64,000 nt of DNA from the human T2T-CHM13v2.0 reference genome, Homo sapiens, in the NCBI RefSeq assembly GCF_009914755.1, contig NC_060925.1; one strand, written 5' to 3'. Each line of letters begins with the position of its first letter. Positions within the stretch are counted from its first letter, which is position 1. Below, in pieces: positions 61,330-64,000 of the stretch. Under the pieces are notes generated by a model, which was not told the origin of the DNA, made no database searches, and saw only the letters and a list, made by a program, of their open reading frames with translations. Position numbers and translations under genes: made by a program.

Positions 61330-61520
61330 CCAGGCCCAAATCCAGCTTCTCCACTTCCAGCTGCGCTTACCTGGGCAGGTCACTTTCTGACTCAGAGTCT
61401 CAGTGTTCTTTTCTGTAGAAATGGGGACAATGTCAGATCCTGCCTGATGAGGTGGTTGAGAACAAACAGGTAGGCAAGGAGCTCAGTGCCATGCCCCACA
61501 CACCCAGCAAGTGTTTCCTC
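61330..61520 (+). mobile_element. MIR
   Basis: caaatccagcttctccacttccagctg..ctgggcaggtcac..ctgtagaaatggggacaat. Confidence 0.8.
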
Positions 61521-62244
61521 TCAGATATCACTAGAGGCTGGAGACCATGGACCCTCATCTCACCTCCCTGGACATGTGGGGTTTCCAGGAAGGCAAGGCA
61601 TGTGGAGACAGGAGATGACTCACCCGAGGTCACAGGTAGGTTCAGAGTGAAGCCAGGGCTCCTCCTACACCTTCATCCCAGACTCTGATCATCAGCGCTT
61701 TCAGAGAAGGGGACAAGGCCTCCTCCCCACCCACCACCACATGGAAGGAGCTAGAACCCTCGTCGTCAGCAAGGAAGGGGAACATAGTCACGGAGGCTGG
61801 GGCAGAGGAGAGTGGCATTGTCGCCCAGAGAGGGTGGAAGTGCAGCACCTGCAAGAATTAGCACAGCGCAATTTGTTCTATTTTAGTCGGAATCTCCACG
61901 TCTACTATCTTAGTGGCTCCTGCCACTCGGGAGAAATGGGCACGGTAAACATCTGCCTGCTTTCTAGCTGGGGAAACCAAGGCTCAGCAAGGGGAAACAA
62001 TTGACTTACAACTGAAGAGACAATGAGTCACAGACATGGGATTTGGACTCAGTCCTCAACTTGAACCCAGACTCTCCCACAGCACCATTCACCCAGTGCA
62101 TCAAAGGGGCACTAGACTGGGAGATGGGGTGCCTGGGTCAAGCCCAGCTGGTCACGAGCTAGCAGGCAAACTCAGCGGTTTCCCAAAGGCGCACCTCTCC
62201 TAACCTTTGCACTAGGTGTTTATCCAGGGTGTTCTCCCACCAAG

Positions 62245-62414
62245 GGCTTCAGAGCTTGACTCTGGAGTTACACAGAGCCAGGTTCAAATTCTGCAGCTCC
62301 CTACTGTGTTCAACCTCTCTGACTCCAGAGTCCTCATTGGTGAAATGGGAAATCTGCCTCAGGATGAAGTGAGATGGCACAGGCAGTGCCTGGCACAGCA
62401 GAAGCCCTCAGTAA
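62245..62414 (+). mobile_element. MIR
   Basis: gactctggagttacacagagccaggttcaaattctgcagctc..cagtgcctggcacagcagaagccctcagtaa. Confidence 0.8.
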
Positions 62415-63737
62415 GTGGTGGTGGTGATGGTGGTGGTGGTGGTAGTGATGCTTGTGGTAGTGGTGGTGGTGATGGTGGTGGTGGTGGTGGTGGTGATGGT
62501 GGTGGTGGTGGTGACGGTGGTGGTGGTGGTGACGGTGGTGGTGGTGGTGGTGGTGACGGTGGTGGTGGTGGTGACGGTGGTGGTGGTGGTGGTGGTGACG
62601 GTGGTGGTGGTGACGGTGGTGATGGTGGTGGTGGTGGTGGTGATGGTGGTGGTGGTGGTGACGGTGGTGGTGGTGGTGACGGTGGTGGTGGTGGAGACGG
62701 TGGTGGTGGTGGTGGTGGTGGTGGTGACGGTGGTGGTGGTGGTGGTGATGGTGGTGATGGTGGTGGTGGTGGTGACAGTGGTGATGGTGGTGACGGTGGT
62801 GGTGGTGGTGGTGGTGACGGTGGTGGTGGTGGAGACGGTGGTGGTGGTGGTGGTGGTGGTGGTGACGGTGGTGGTGGTGGTGGTGATGGTGGTGATGGTG
62901 GTGGTGGTGGTGACAGTGGTGATGGTGGTGGTGGTGGTGGTGGTGATGGTGGTGGTGGTGGTGACGGTGGTGGTGGTGATGGTGGTGGTGACGGTGGTGG
63001 TGGTGATGGTGGTGGTGATGGTGGTGGTGGTGGTGGTGATGGTGGTGATGGTGGTGATGGTGGTGATGGTGGTGGTGGTGATGGTGGTGGTGACGGTGGT
63101 GGTGGTGATGGTGGTGGTGATGGTGGTGATGGTGGTGGTGATGGTGGTGATGGTGGTGATGGTGGTGGTGGTGGTGATGGTGGTGGTGGTGATGGTGGTG
63201 GTGACGGTGGTGGTGGTGATGGTGGTGGTGATGGTGGTGGTGGTGGTGGTGATGGTGGTGATGGTGGTGATGGTGGTGGTGGTGGTGATGGTGGTGGTGG
63301 TGATGGTGATGGTGATGATGGTGGTGGTGGTGGTGGTGGTGATGGTGGTGGTGGTGGTGGTGATGGTGGTGATGGTGGTGGTGATGGTGATGGTGGTGGT
63401 GGTGGTGGTGGTGATGGTGGTGGTGGTGGTGATGGTGGTGGTGATGGTGGTGGTGATGGTGGTGGTGATGGTGATGGTGGTGGTGGTGGTGGTGGTGGTG
63501 GTGGTGGTGATGGTGGTGGTGATGGTGATGGTGGTGATGGTGGTGATGGTGGTGGTGGTGGTGATGGTGGTGGTGGTGATGGTGGTGGTGGTGGTGGTGA
63601 TGGTGGTGGTGGTGGTGGTGGTGGTGGTGATGGTGGTGGTGGTGGTGATGGTGGTGGTGGTGGTGGTGGTGATGGTGGTGGTGATGGTGGTGGTGACAGT
63701 GGTAGTGATGGTGGTGGTGGCGGTGGTGGTGGTGGTG
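62415..63737. repeat. ~1.3-kb (GGT)n trinucleotide repeat with GAT/GAC interruptions
   Basis: About 440 in-phase triplets. Confidence 0.98.
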
Positions 63738-64000
63738 TTACAATTCTGCACCAGTTCTTTATCCTTCAAAACACAGCTCTAGCATGTGCTCTGGGATGGC
63801 TGCTGCCTGCACATTCTAGGGGGCGCCCTTCACAGCATGTCCATGTGTGAGTTGTGCAGTACACAGCCTGTGCAGCAGCATGCTGAGGCCCTGAATTCTA
63901 GAAAGCCTTCCTCACTGGCCAGGTTTGGTCAGGGGCCCCTCTCTCCTCTGTCACCCCTGGTCCACACCAGACTGTGAGTTCCTTGAGGGTAGGGGCTTTG

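Noticed and set aside
63812-63828. CTCF-like TCTAGGGGGCGCC
   Set aside because: The 3' core matches but the conserved 5' CC is missing; too weak without ChIP data.
62216-63850. 544-aa glycine-rich ORF as a real gene
   Set aside because: GTG start, MIR-derived N-terminus, body is a triplet repeat also open in other frames, and there is no promoter or splice context.

Overview
This is primate, very probably human or great-ape, non-coding genomic DNA. It carries AluJ/S/Y, THE1 and MST elements plus many MIR and L2 remnants. I could not identify the locus, and I found no credible protein-coding exon, RNA gene or CpG-island promoter. All long ORFs in the track are translations of simple repeats, Alus or L1 relics. 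The window is a mosaic of L1M fragments, solo LTRs (several with TG..CA ends and target-site duplications), hAT DNA transposons, Alus and tandem repeats. Between these lie short AT-rich unique blocks dense in homeodomain/MEIS/TCF motifs, which look like enhancers of a developmental-gene regulatory desert (inference only). Three structures stand out. (1) A ~410-bp near-perfect palindrome at 49264-49674 is built from MIR-like arms that are ~92% identical to each other, with overlapping hairpins in its loop. (2) A 1.1-kb 19-bp minisatellite splits a MER20, carries Jeffreys-core and PRDM9 motifs, and has a sister copy 1.6 kb upstream. (3) A 1.3-kb (GGT)n tract grew from a MIR tail and is open as poly-Gly/Val/Thr. 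Repeat subfamily names are from recognition of consensus features and need RepeatMasker/Dfam confirmation. I see no evidence of a novel multi-gene system.
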